Positions 14,863-28,432 are shown, counted from the stretch's first letter. The stretch: DNA of 64,000 nucleotides from Octopus vulgaris (GCA_951406725.2 OX597832.1:19406001-19470000), one strand, 5' to 3'. The notes: a model not told the origin generated them from the sequence alone. Numbers and translations: made by a program.

Positions 14863-15085
14863 AAGGTGGTGAGCTGGCTGAAGTGTTAGCAAGCCGGGTG
14901 AAAAATTTATCAGCATTTTGACTGTCTTTACATTATGAGTTCCAATTCCACCGAAGTCTACATCACATTCCATCATGTGGGGGGATTATTAAGATAAAAA
15001 ATATATCAGCTGAGCACTAGAGACCGATGTAGTTGGCTATCCGCAACATCTGAAACTGCTGGCCTTGTGCCAAAAGTTCAAACCC
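14863..15085 (+). mobile_element. Meta-type SINE, diverged
   Basis: Head aaggtggtgagctggctgaagtgttagc; tail ggccttgtgccaaaa. Confidence 0.7.
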
Positions 15086-15709
15086 ATTAGTACTAAATTT
15101 ATTAGTTACAGCAGAGTAATACTAGTATGACCCATTTCAGTGTCATAGCGGCAATATAGCTTTAATATCGTAGTGATAGAGTTACAATAGTGTCAGTTTA
15201 GTGTTATCCTGATTTTATAGCTGTGTTATTATAATTCATTTCTATCATATCATAGTTGCCTCATAAAAATGTTATAACGCTGTTATATTAGTGTTGTCAT
15301 AGAGATATTATAATGGTATTGTTGTGATGTCATAAGTAGTGACATTAAACTAATATCATAGTTGTGGTATTAAAGTGATAGAGATATTATGATGGTGCTA
15401 TGGCATTCTAGTATTCTCCGACTGGTTTAATAACGATATTGTTGTAGATTCATAGGGATATGATGGTTATAGTATTGTTATACAAGGGGTGTTATATAGG
15501 AGGTGTTATATGGTATTCTAATAATGTTGTAGTATTGTCATACTAGTATTCTAAGAGTGCTATTTTTGTGGTATCATAGTGGTGTTCTAGAAGTAGCTGA
15601 ACTGTATTACAATGGTATTATAGCAGTGTTATACAGGCATTCTGGGAGTGCTATTTTAGAGGTGCCGGGTTTTTGTTGTAAAGTTGTCATGAAGGTATTT
15701 ATTACACTG

Positions 15710-15995
15710 TACGTGGTTAGGGTATTGGGCTTACGGTCGTAAGTTCAATTCCCGGCGATGCGTCATATCCTTGAGCAAGATCCTTTATTTCACGTTGCTC
15801 CAGTCCACTCTGCTCGCAATAATGAATAGTACCCGTTTTTCAAAGGGCCAGCCATGCAACATTTCTTGTCATACTGAATCTCCCTGAGAACTACATTAAG
15901 AGTACACGTGTTTGTGGAGTGCGCAGCCACTTGCACGTTAATTTCACAGACAGGATGGTCACCTGGAACGCTCGTCGTCGTATGCAACGGGGTGT
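15710..15995 (+). mobile_element. tRNA-derived SINE family C (tccttgagcaag..tttatttcacgttgctccagt core)
   Basis: A/B-box-like head gtggttagggtatt..gttcaattcc; core shared with 56701-57040. Confidence 0.75.
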
Positions 15996-16825
15996 CGGTT
16001 TTAGTAGTGCCATGCAGGTATTTTAGGAGTGTTATTCTAGTGTTGTTGTTATGATCTTATAGTGCCGTTTTACGGTTTAATAATCATAGTGTGGTGCTAA
16101 GGCGGAGAATTAGCAAAATGGTCATAGAATCGGCTAGAATGAGTGCTTCCTGGTTTTCATTGCAGCCCTCTTCTCTTTGAGTTCAAACCTCGCCGAAGTC
16201 AACACCATTTACGTTCTTGTGGGATGAATATCCCCAAGTTCAAAACAAGAATGAATTTTTCTCCCTTTTCCCCTTCATACGCCAATCCTTCTTCCCCCTC
16301 AATTAATCGCGTCCTCCCGCTTTCTCTCTTTCGCTTTAAGTTCCTCTCTGTCATTTACCTGTATTTAAAGATTCATCATCGTTTTTCACATTGCATCATT
16401 CTCATTCTGACTGAGAACTCAGTTAAGTGCACGAAATACTTATCAACGGAATACTCAGCGACTTAGTAGCTACTTCAAAAATTTGATGATTTAACTGATG
16501 GAACAACTGAGCTGTATCACTGAGACCGATACAGAATCCAACACGAGAGTGCTTTTAATAATAGAGAACATTTTCTGTGTCTGTGTGTGTGGGTGATAAT
16601 GTGTGTGTGTGTGCACACGTTTGAGAGAATAGGTGCGTCTTTCTCAATCTCTCCCTCTCTCTCTCCCTCACTCTCTCACACACAGTCCCCAGCTACACAC
16701 ACACATACATGCACAAACAAATATATATATTTTTAAAAAAGGGTGGAAAATTTGGTACATTTTTAATTCCACGTTACACATGTTTCATTGCTAGATAGGA
16801 ATTACAAAGTTATATATACATATAT

Positions 16826-16990
16826 ACGACAGGCTTCTTTCAGTTTCCGTCTACCAAATCCATTCACAAGGCTTTGATCGGCCCGGGGCTATAGCAGAAG
16901 ACACTTGCCCAAGGTGCCACGCAATGGGACTGAATCCGGAACCATGTGGTTGGTAAGCAAGATTCTTACCACACAGTCACTCCTGTGCCT
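16826..16990 (-). mobile_element. SINE family A, 5' half
   Basis: Reverse complement of the family A head and centre. Confidence 0.85.
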
Positions 16991-17835
16991 ATATATATAT
17001 ATTTACTTATATATTTGCATCGATATATTTATGCATCACTCTTTTTCTTTCACTCTCTCCCTTTCTGTTCATATATATGAAGGTGCGCGGCATCCATGTT
17101 GTCGGTGTCGTGTAAACAAAGGTTAACTTTTTAGAGGCATATCTACAATCGAAGGGCTCCACCCGTAACCATCCCATCGTTTTCGTATCTGGGTAGGACC
17201 ATATTTTCCAACGCGTCCTATATATTTAATACCGTACAGTGCGATCAGTGAGAGATTTGGTTGCTATTTCTAGCCAGCCGAGCAAACTACGTGGAGGATC
17301 CCATTATTGGCTCCTTGAGGTTGGTGAGCGCCATGTGATGGCAGCAGTGTCGATGGGAGTAAATGCCATGGCTGCGACGGCGGTAGTGGCAGTGGTGGTG
17401 GTGGGGAGTGGCAGTGGTGGTGGTGGTAGTGGTGGTGGTAGTGATGGAAATGGCGGTTAATGTTGTGATTGACAACGTCTTTAGTTAATGAAGCTGCGAA
17501 TGACGGCGGGAGGGTTGCGCGTTTGCGTGTGTCTGTGAGTGTACGAGTATGTGTGTGCGTGCCTGTATGTGTGTGTGTGTGTCTGTCTCTCTATGTATGA
17601 GTGAGCTTGCGGTCGTGTGCGTGAGTGCGTTGCATGTGAGCACACGTGCATATCTGTATGCGTGTTGTGTGTGCAGGAAATAGCGTATTCTCAAGTATGA
17701 TTCTGCATCCATTCATGTATGTGTGCACGTATGTGCTTGTGCGTGTGTGTGTGTGTGTGTGTGTCTGCGCGCGCGCATCAATGTGCACCTTCAATGCATG
17801 CGGGTGCATGTGTTTGGGGTTTAGGAAAGGGGTCA

Positions 17836-18180
17836 GTGAAAGAGAAGAAGAAGAAGAAGAAGAAGGAGAAGAAGACGAAAAGATGAAAAAGAAGACGAAA
17901 AAGAAGAAGAAGAAGAAGAAGAAGAAGAAGAAGAAGAAGAAGAAGCGAGGACGAAAACGACGAAGAAGAATAAAAAGATGAAGAAGAAGAAAATGGAGGG
18001 AAAAGGAGGAGAAGGAAAAGGGGACAAAGGATAAGAATAAGAACGAAGAGGAGGTAGAGAAGAAGAAGACAGAGAAGGAGGAGGAGATGATGAGGATGAT
18101 GATAAAATGGAGGACGATGACGAGGAGGACGAGGAAAAGAAAATGATGATGAAGGAGAAGGAAAAGGAGAGGAAAGAAGT

Positions 18181-18215
<35 letters not shown>
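17836..18215. repeat. Polypurine (GAA)n/(GAG/GAT)n/(GA)n tract
   Basis: Direct reading; produces poly-E/K/S/F pseudo-ORFs. Confidence 0.9.
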
Positions 18216-18217
<2 letters not shown>

Positions 18218-18394
18218 GGGTTGTTTGGAGTTGTGGCTGTGTCTGTTGTGATATAGAATCGTGTCACGACTGGTGGGCTTGGAAAGCGGAGCAGCCAGGG
18301 TCAAAGGGGCGAGTGGATGGTTGCGGCCGGGAAACGGCGAGAACGCGGGTGGTGAGGCAAGCAGGCAGCCAGGGGATGCGTTTGTGTGTGTGTG

Positions 18395-18787
18395 TGTGGA
18401 AGAGTCTGCGTGTTTGTGTCTGTGTAGGTAAGTGTGTGTGTGTGAAAGAGTGTGTATGGAAGAGTGTGCATGCTTCTGTCAGTGGATACAGGGTGCTCGC
18501 GTGTGTGTGCCCGTGTGTGTGTGTGGATATGCGTGTACATGTGAGTGTGTTTGTGTGTGTGAGTGTGCGAATGGAAGAGTCTGTATACTTCTGTCAGTGG
18601 ATACAGAGTGCTTATGTGTGTGGGGGTCTGCGTGTACATGTGTGTGTGTGCGTGTGTGTGTGTGTTTAGGTATGCGTGTACATGTGAGTGAGTGTGAGTG
18701 TGCGCATGGAGGAGTATGTATGCTTCTATCAGTGTAAACAGGGTGTTTACGTGTGTGTATGTGTGTGTGTGTTGGGGGGTCTGCGTG

Positions 18788-18825
<38 letters not shown>

Positions 18826-19275
18826 CGTGCATGGAACAATCTGAATGTATGTGTCTGTGTAGGTAAGTGTGTATGCATGTGTGTGAGTGCGTATGGAGGT
18901 GTCTGCAAGTTCATGTCAGTGGTAGAGGGTGCTTATATGTGTGTGTGTGTGTGCGCGCGAACATGGAAGAGTCTCTGGATACAGGGTGCTTATGTGTGTG
19001 CGAGCGCGTATGGAAGTGTCTGCATGCTTGTATCAGTAGCTAAATGCCGCATGTGTGTGTGTGTGTGTGTGGAGGGGGATATGTGTGTACGTTTGTGTGT
19101 GTGTTTGTGTGTGTATGCAAGGGCGCATTGAAGATTCTGCATGTATGTGTCAATGGGCGGAGAGCGCTTGTATTTGCATGTGTGGGTATGTGATTGTGCG
19201 CGCGCACGTGTGTGTGCGTTTTCGAGCGCGCACAGAAGAGTCTGTATGTTTGTGTCAGTGCATAGAGGGTGCTTG
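18395..19275. repeat. Minisatellite with core atggaagagtctgcatgcttctgtcagtggatacagggtgct spaced by (GT)n
   Basis: Core recurs near 18397, 18456, 18571, 18706, 18831, 18893, 18963, 19009 and 19233. Confidence 0.85.
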
Positions 19276-20211
19276 TGTGTGTGTGTGAGTGTGTATGTGT
19301 GTGTGTGTGTAGTATGTTTGTGCTACATACATGTATACTCGAAAGTACGTGTGTGCTCCATGTGTGCGTGTGTGTGTACGCTCATATATGCGTGTGTTGA
19401 TGTGTGCGTTTATGTGGATGTATGCGTGTGTGCCCATGTATGAGTGTGCGTGTGCATGATCGTATATGCGTGCGTGGTGGTGGTGGTTTGTGCGTGTGTA
19501 TTCGCATGTGCGTATATTTTACAGTGTGCGTGTGTGCACGCTCGTATCCTTGCGTTTGTGTTAGGAATTTTGTTTACACGTGTGCGTGTGTGCATACTTA
19601 CTTTGATCTATATGCACTTTTGTGTGTGTGTGCATTTGCATGTGCTTGTTGAGTATATGTGCATGCATGTGTGTGTGCGTGTGTGTGTGTGTATAACTTC
19701 CTAGTTGTTTGTGAATGTGAATATATTAAGGTGCATATGTGTGTTTAAATATTCCCCTGTATGTGTGTTCGCGCGTGTGAAGTGCTTTTCTGTTTGTGTG
19801 TGTATGTGAACGTGCCATTGTGTATGTGAAAAGTGCCATAGTGTGTATGTGCGTGTGTATGTGAATGTGTCGCTGTGTATGTCTGTGTATGTGCGAGAAT
19901 TTTACCCTATGTGTGTGTGAATGTTTCGCTGTATGTATGTGTGTGCGTGTGTGCGTGACTCAATGTGTGTGCGTGTATGTGAGAGTTATGTGTGTGTATG
20001 TGAATGTGCCATTGTGTGTGTTTGAGTGTGCCATTTTGTGTGTGCGTGTGTGTGTATGTGTATTGACTTAGTTATGTTAGTGTCTGCGTGGGAGTGTACT
20101 TATGTCCGTGCGTGCTGTTTTTTTATGTGTGTGCGTGTGTGTGATGCAAATACGTGTGTCAGTGTATTAATAAACTATTGCGTGACCGCCTGTACATATA
20201 TTACATGTGTT

Positions 20212-20259
<48 letters not shown>

Positions 20260-20699
20260 TGTGGACGTGTCAGGGTTAACGTCCGCTCGTCTTTGCATGT
20301 GACAGCATGCTTTCGTTTTTATGTATGTACGTATGTATATATGTATATATGTATGATGTGTGTATTCGAGTGCCTTTATGGTTGTTTAAAGGTACTCTGT
20401 TGGCAATGGCTGTACTCGAATGTTGAGGACGATTGTATTAATGGTGGAAGCGAATGAGTAAGTAGTAGTGATGTTGGTGACGATAGGGATAATGGCGATG
20501 GTAGTTTTAGAATTACAGACACAGTCGAGTCTTATCGGTAAAGGCAGTTCAGATGACACTAGTGACATTGTCAGCAGATGTAGGTTGTTATTTGTTGGTT
20601 ACCTTTTACTTGAGGTCCGGGCCTACATTTATCAGAGAATTTGGTAGACGAAAACAAGGTGGATGTGTGTCAGGTGTGTGCGCGTGCGCGTTCTTGGTA

Positions 20700-20873
20700 C
20701 CGTTAATGCCGACACATTTTTCATCTCTCTGCCTTTTTATTCTCTCATCCTTTTCTGTCAAAGAGCGTAAGCTCGAAACGTCAAACACTTTTCCTGTTTT
20801 CTTGAGCGTCAGACTAATATGCCTGTTGTTCCTTCCCCTGTCTCTGTCTTTTGTTTTCTGTACATTTGAACCT

Positions 20874-20875
<2 letters not shown>
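20700..20875 (+). mobile_element. Hammerhead-bearing mini-element family B (Penelope pLTR-like)
   Basis: CTGTCAA-A-GAGC-GTAA-GCTC-GAAACGTC at 20755-20782; 3' end abuts (TA)n. Confidence 0.7.
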
Positions 20876-20917
<42 letters not shown>

Positions 20918-22055
20918 TTCAGATGAATATGGTACTTAAGTTGAAGCACCAGATTTTAGTACGGTATTGTCCTTACAATTTCAGAGTAAGATGATTAAAT
21001 TCTGTGTCTTCGTGAAGGTGAAGATTACTCTGCATTTTAAATTGATGTAATGATTGCAGTGTTCAATTAAATGGAGTTGCATGAAACGATCGTACTGCAT
21101 TACCTCTGGATATCCTTGTTGCTTCTTTTGATTTATATATATTGTTTTACTTGGGGATCGGATGGTAATTTTCTTTTTTACCAATTGAACAAATGCACTA
21201 TTTATTCGATCTTCACTTTTGTTTTATTTGTATAATTTTTAGTTTAAAAGTCTGTCAAAAAGCTTGTCGTTATACATTCTGCGACTTCATCAGTGACTGT
21301 CTGTCTCACTTCTCCTCTTATCCTGCTTATTCCATTTTGTCCTTCCATTGTGTGTGTGTGCATGTGTTTGTATATGCGTGTGCGCATGTAATTGAGTTTG
21401 TTCCACACCATCGTTTGATAAACCGGTATTAGTTCCTTTATTCACCCGTAACTTAGCGGCTTAGGGAAAGGACCGATAGAATAAGTACGAGACATTGAGG
21501 TATTCAGTGCTAGGATCGATTTATTCGACTTCAAAATGGCGTCCTCTAGCATGGTCGCAACCTAATTACTAAAACGAGTAAATGATACGATTTTATTAAT
21601 ACTTTAATGACGAAACGAAGTATATACATTGAGGAAGATTTGGCTGCTATTTCGTGAAGGTTGAGAAGTAAAACTCGTAGCCTTGTTGCCGCTGAGTTTG
21701 TTGTTGCTATTGACAATGATGTTTCGACCCAGATTACATCTCATTGGCCAGACCAAGTATCAAAGACATCCGTACCGTGGCAATCCTGTTTTATTCTTAT
21801 ATCCAGAGAAGCCATGAGCATATATTGCTTAATGTGTCTAATTCTTTGTCTCCTTTTTAGGAAGATTTAGTTGCTGTTTCTAGCAATTCAAGTGACCACG
21901 TAGATATACCTTTATAAACTAAATGCGGTGCTAGTGGTAGGACCAGTGCAGTTGAAACTACTTCGACAATGGCGTAGTGTCAAGAAGATGATAAAGTTTT
22001 AGAACAAGGTCGGCAATATTTGTATGGATAGCTAGGTGGCTGGCTGGATGCTTGG

Positions 22056-22090
<35 letters not shown>

Positions 22091-22093
22091 TGT

Positions 22094-22164
<71 letters not shown>

Positions 22165-23058
22165 ATTTTGTTGTTGTGGCAGAGGTGGTGGTGATGATGA
22201 TGGTAACTAAAATGATGGCGATTGTGCTGATGTTGATGGTGATGATGTTTGATGGTTACACGCAGGTACACCCCAGATAATCAAACAAGAATATGATTTA
22301 AGATGTTCCACATGACCATCCTGCCTTGTATAATCTAAAAAGAAACAAAACAGTCTACTTTTACATTGCATTTTAGATTTAGGATTATCAAAATTGCGTG
22401 CGTCATAAGTCCATTCAGAGGACTCGTTAAAATACATGAGTACATTCATAAATCCATTAAGAGGACTTGTTTAGCCGTTTTATGTATCTAGTTGAGAAGC
22501 CTAAAACGACAAAGAAGCCTAAAATTGACAAAGAAAAATCTACGACCAAGAACTTCCCAACCGTGGCAAACGTACTTGCAGAACACCTAGGACACCATTA
22601 AGAAAGGCGTTCATGTTTTTAAACGGTATGTCATGATTTGAGAAAGATTTCGTTTTTAGTTCCAGCGAGGAAAAAACTCGTAAGTGCTTAACGCAGGGCG
22701 ATACTGTTGCTTTTATAAAAATACTAATGGTGAAAAGACAAACGTCATTAGATGTTAGAATTAAGGTGAAGATTTTGGCAATAGAATTTGTGATAATGAT
22801 TAGGTGACATCCACTGCGGGTGGCAAGTTCAAGGAACAATATACATATATGTATACATATATGTATATACATATTTATACATACATATATAATATACATA
22901 CGTATATATACACACACATATATATATATGCATACATGTACATACATGAACATATATATATATATACACATATATATCTATGCATATATATATATGCACA
23001 TATATATGCATATATATACATATATATACATATATATATATACTATATATGTATATAT

Positions 23059-23265
23059 CGCCATGTTGATTCGTTAGCTACTGCACGCATTTTTTTTCTC
23101 TCCTTCTTTCTGTGTTTTTCTCTCTCTGTGTATCTTTCTGTTGAAGAGCGTAGGCTCGAAACGTTAAAGACTTGTTTTATTTATATTTCCTGAGCGCCAT
23201 ACTAATACATTGTTCGTTTGTTTTCCACCTGCCTTCGTCTTTTGTTTATTTTCATAAAGCTTCCC
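23059..23265 (+). mobile_element. Hammerhead-bearing mini-element family B
   Basis: TCTTT-CTGTTGA-A-GAGC-GTAG-GCTC-GAAA-CG-TT-AAAGA at 23133-23170; stem I TCTTT/AAAGA; TA-rich repeats on both sides. Confidence 0.8.
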
Positions 23266-23862
23266 ATATATGTACATATATACATACAAATATATATGCA
23301 TATATATATACACATATATATCCACATATATACACACACATATATAGACTCATATTTACATATATATACACACACATACAAATATGCATATATGCATTTA
23401 CATATATAAAGCTAATGTGTGTATCAATATGCGTGTGTATGTGTGTGTGAAGTGTGTGCGCGTATACAATTACACACACTAGCTTAAACATTCACACACA
23501 AGCATAATGCTGCTTATATTTTGTATATTTATTTCATCTTTGGCGTTGTGGTTAATGTGTTTTTTTTTTGTTATATCGGCACTTTTTAAAGAGCATTAAA
23601 ACATACCTACATACATGCACACACGTACACATATAATTACACACACACACACAGACACAGACACAGACACACACACACACAGACATATTTATATATATAT
23701 AGACACATACGCATATATACACATACCTACATGGCAATGTGAAAGCAAAGGAGTTTCTTGCATATACATCCTCTATCTGACATAACACAGAAATCAAAGC
23801 ATTAGGCCTTGTTAAATATCAAAAAACAAATATTTATTTAATTCTCTCTCTTTCTCTCTTAA

Positions 23863-23904
<42 letters not shown>

Positions 23905-24308
23905 TTCCTTCCCGAATAGATAAACAACACACACATATATCCATATCTACGTATGTACATATGCATATTCATATATGTGTAAAGTACACAGATCGCTAAT
24001 GGTTTCCACAATGTTTATTCCATTTGTTCGATCAAGTGAACTACTTGAAAATTGTATTATAAGGGTAAGTAGTTGATGATACAACAATCGTGTGTACCCT
24101 TAATGAAATCTTCAGGTAGAATCGCTGTCATAACATCTGTGGCACTATGTGTCAGAGCGTTGACCCTTTGAAACAAAAGTGCAGTCCACGCTCTTTCTGT
24201 CTACTCTTCTCTCCTTACAAGACTCGAGGCAACACACTAGCTTAAACATTCACACACATATATATATATACGTGTGTGTGTGTATATATATATATATGTA
24301 TATATATG

Positions 24309-24339
<31 letters not shown>

Positions 24340-24354
24340 GTATATATATATAAG

Positions 24355-24387
<33 letters not shown>

Positions 24388-24461
24388 GTATAAATATATA
24401 TTTATATATATATGTATATATATATATGTATATATATATATATACATATATATTTATACAT

Positions 24462-24522
<61 letters not shown>

Positions 24523-24930
24523 TACATAAATATACATATATATCTGAACAACAGATGGTTGGTCTTTAAATTATAGTGATGGTTGGACATTGGTCAGTTC
24601 CATTACGGTGGTTTGTCTTTTAAATATATTAGTAAGTACACTAATGTAACAAATTTATGGGCATGTACGATTCTTTTTCTAGACCTATTGGCGAATCCAG
24701 TTATACTAAAGTACTAGTTTTACTTCATTTTATTTTCTTATTATTCATACACCCTGGTAACCCTAAAGAAAGATTAACCCACCAATTATTTTTCTACGTT
24801 ATTCATTTGCTCATCAACTTGAAGCTTTACTCTGCAAAATGGTATGATTCTAATTCATTGAGACTTCTGTCCTCATCTCGAGGCCCTGTTCTTTCCTCTT
24901 TCCTCTTCTCTTTTCTTTTATTTATTTGTC

Positions 24931-25050
24931 TTCATTCTGATGAAGTTCCATGTACCAGATCGGATGTGCCATACAATATGACGAATATTATTCTCATCAA
25001 TTTCTTTGGCCGTGCTGACTGGCATAGGCTGCAGAAACGGCTGTTAGTAA
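24931..25050 (+). ncRNA. Hammerhead-like motif with canonical core and ~90-nt stem II
   Basis: CTGATGA at 24937 and GAAAC-GGCT-GTT at 25034. The intervening sequence pairs imperfectly end to end (ccatg..ccag/ctgg.cat.gg; gcca/tggc). Confidence 0.5.
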
Positions 25051-25314
25051 TGTTAAATTTTGTATTAAAAGAATAATAACCGATGGTAGTCAATTTGTTT
25101 CTCGATCAAAACTTTTTACTATTTTCTGCTTAATTTATACATACACACACAGACACAGACACACAGACACACACACAGACACACAAACATACATATATAT
25201 ATATATATATATATATGCATAAACACACATATATATGTGTATGCATAGATACATAAAAAATTTCAATGACCGTTGAAAAACCGATTATAGCAGTGACTCG
25301 ATCAATTCCTAACG

Positions 25315-25352
25315 ATTTCTGAAGAAGGAATTTTTATTGTCCGAAATATTAT
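25315..25352 (+). ncRNA. Minimal hammerhead-like motif
   Basis: CTGAAGA-A-GGA..TCC-GAAA-TA-TT in a short island between TA/CA repeats; stem I weak. Confidence 0.4.
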
Positions 25353-25467
25353 TATTATATCAGACTGTGGATGATTGAATTATAACAGTTATTGTAGTAC
25401 ACTCTACATTGTTGTGCCATTCAAAACACGTTAAATTTCATACATACACACACACACACATATGCCA

Positions 25468-25878
25468 CTTCTTTTTATTCTTTACTTGTTTCCATCATTT
25501 GATAGCGGCCATAGTGGAGCACCGTCTGTAGTCGAATAAATCTATCCCATGACTTATTCTTTGTAAGCCTAGTACTTATTCTATTGGTAAACACACTAAC
25601 ATCGGTTGTCAAGCGATGAGGGACAAACATAGACACACAAACACACACGCACACACATACTTGCATACATATATACATATAAATATATACATGCATACGT
25701 ATACATATATATACAATGGGCTTCTTTCAGTTTCCATCTACCAAATCCACTCTTAAGGATTTGGTCAGGCCTAGCTTATAATAGAATACACTTTCCCAAG
25801 TTGCCACGCAGTTTGGCTGAACGCGGAACCATGTGGTTGGGAAGCAATCTTCTTAACAAACGACCACTCCTGCGCCTA
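25468..25878 (-). mobile_element. SINE family A, near full length
   Basis: Head (ggcgcaggagtgg) abuts (TA)n; tail gaaacaagtaaagaataaaag. Confidence 0.85.
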
Positions 25879-25895
25879 TATATACATATATATAT

Positions 25896-26051
<156 letters not shown>

Positions 26052-26052
26052 C

Positions 26053-26213
<161 letters not shown>

Positions 26214-26653
26214 TTATATATATATATATATACACATTCATATATGGGTACAGGACGTCACCAATGGTGCAAATAACTTGAAATACGTAAACAACAAAAC
26301 ATAAGTGTATGCAAGGCAAGTAAGCTACTCCTCATTCCGAGCATTCCACGACAATATGAGTGTGCAAAGACAGTTGCTCCAATAAATTGTAAAATAAAAT
26401 TTGCGATTTATATGAGGTTAAGGTTAGGAACAAAAATATGTCAGCGAACGAAAACAAACATGAGCGAGAGGCAAATAGTGAATGCTGGGCCAAACAAAAT
26501 TTTTTTGAAAAGAGAAAACACAGAATAGAGAGAGTAAAACACGTTCGCCCTTTTGAACGTCCGTGCAGGAAAAGAAAGATGGTCATGTTGGGAAAAGAAA
26601 GATGGATGGTGGTCACGTGTGAGCAATAAATACATATATATAAATTATTCATT

Positions 26654-26710
<57 letters not shown>

Positions 26711-26779
26711 TTTTTTTTATTTATTTATATACATATACATATAGATATATACATTTATACATATATATACATATATTTG

Positions 26780-26811
<32 letters not shown>

Positions 26812-26956
26812 TTTGTATATATATATACATAGATATATGTATATATACATATATATATATATGTATATATATATACATACACTTTATATATATATATATA
26901 CATACATATACATATATTTGTATATATATCTGTATATACACACATTTTTATATTTA

Positions 26957-27026
<70 letters not shown>

Positions 27027-27138
27027 ACAATTATGAACTGTTCCATTATACTTTTTATATATTTATATAGCATGGACTCTATTGAATGTATGAAACAATT
27101 ATGAACTGTTCCATTATACTCTTTATTATAAAAAAAAT

Positions 27139-27183
27139 GTTTTTGATAAGGTTCGTTATTTCAAGAACCGAAACATGTAAAAT
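27139..27183 (+). ncRNA. Minimal type I hammerhead-like ribozyme with U3-A8 core
   Basis: GTTT-TTGATAA-GGTTC-gttatttcaa-GAACC-GAAA-CATG-TA-AAAT. Perfect 5-bp stem II, palindromic ACATGT stem III, GUA triplet; lies in a ~200-bp island flanked by (TA)n. Confidence 0.6.
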
Positions 27184-27225
27184 TAAAATTTATCTAATAT
27201 AGTGGCATTTTCAAACTTCTTTTTT

Positions 27226-27345
<120 letters not shown>

Positions 27346-28346
27346 GCGTATATACACTAGTCAACAGAAATGGCGACTCTTAGACTTAAACTTCTCTATA
27401 TATAATGATTATGTGATCATCAAACAACGCTTTCTCATTTAGGCACAATGGTAACGATTTGCCGAGAGGAGCGAGTCGAACGAATTAACCCTACTTTTTA
27501 ACTGGTGCTTTATTGTTATCGATTTTCGAATATTCACTGGGAGGTTTGACCACAGTCGGATTTGAACTCTGAAGATATCGAACCGTTACAACTATAACTA
27601 ATTAATGATAAAGATTGTATTCGTTGGAAAAGGAAAACAAAGAGCAAAATTTATTCGCCATTAACACCATCACCACCACTCCGACCCACACTATCATCAT
27701 CATCATCATTCCAACCACCACCACCACCATCATCGCAGAGAGTCATAATTTATAATTCTGCATGCTATCATTTTAAACTCAAAGGAAATACCGATAGTTA
27801 TTTTCCATTAAAATTATTGTTCTAGTAGCTTTTAAGTACGCCAGCTCCGCCGGAAAAATGCTTCTGATGAAAGAAGCTTTATTCAAGATAACCCCACTTT
27901 TTTTTTATTTGTTTATTGATAGTTATTAGACCCAAATTATACTATAAACTGTATTGACTAATTTTTAGGGCAATTTCGTTGCTATTTCTCGCATAAACAG
28001 TAACCACGTTTAGCATAAGGTCGGTTACGATGCATCGTATATATTATAAAGTGTGTTGCTGTGTTGACTACATATATAGTTTTTCAGACTTATGGTATAT
28101 TGAACTACGCTGTACTACGTACAATTACGTGATTTTTTTATAAGATGAGATGGTGCTATTTGGGGAAGCTTGTGAAATATTTCTTACGAATAATCCAACC
28201 ACGTACACATATACATATATATTAGAAGAAATGAGGTACTCAGAAATCTGGATGGATTATATTTACAGATATTTATTAGTATGTTACATGTTTTTGTATA
28301 TCATATATCACATCTTAGCGCTTTCGTCCACTGTAGTGGAATTGGC

Positions 28347-28423
<77 letters not shown>

Positions 28424-28432
28424 CCTATATAC

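Larger units (their letters stand above)
14100..16090. repeat. Cryptically simple GT-rich low-complexity tract (gtgttata/tagtg/ggtatt words) interrupted by two SINEs
   Basis: Constant reuse of the same 5-8-mers with strong G/T strand bias and no long ORF. Confidence 0.7.

Noticed and set aside
22492-22625. Possible exon (AG..GT bounded, K/P-rich EKPKTTKKPKIDKEK)
   Set aside because: All three frames contain stops and no family is recognisable.
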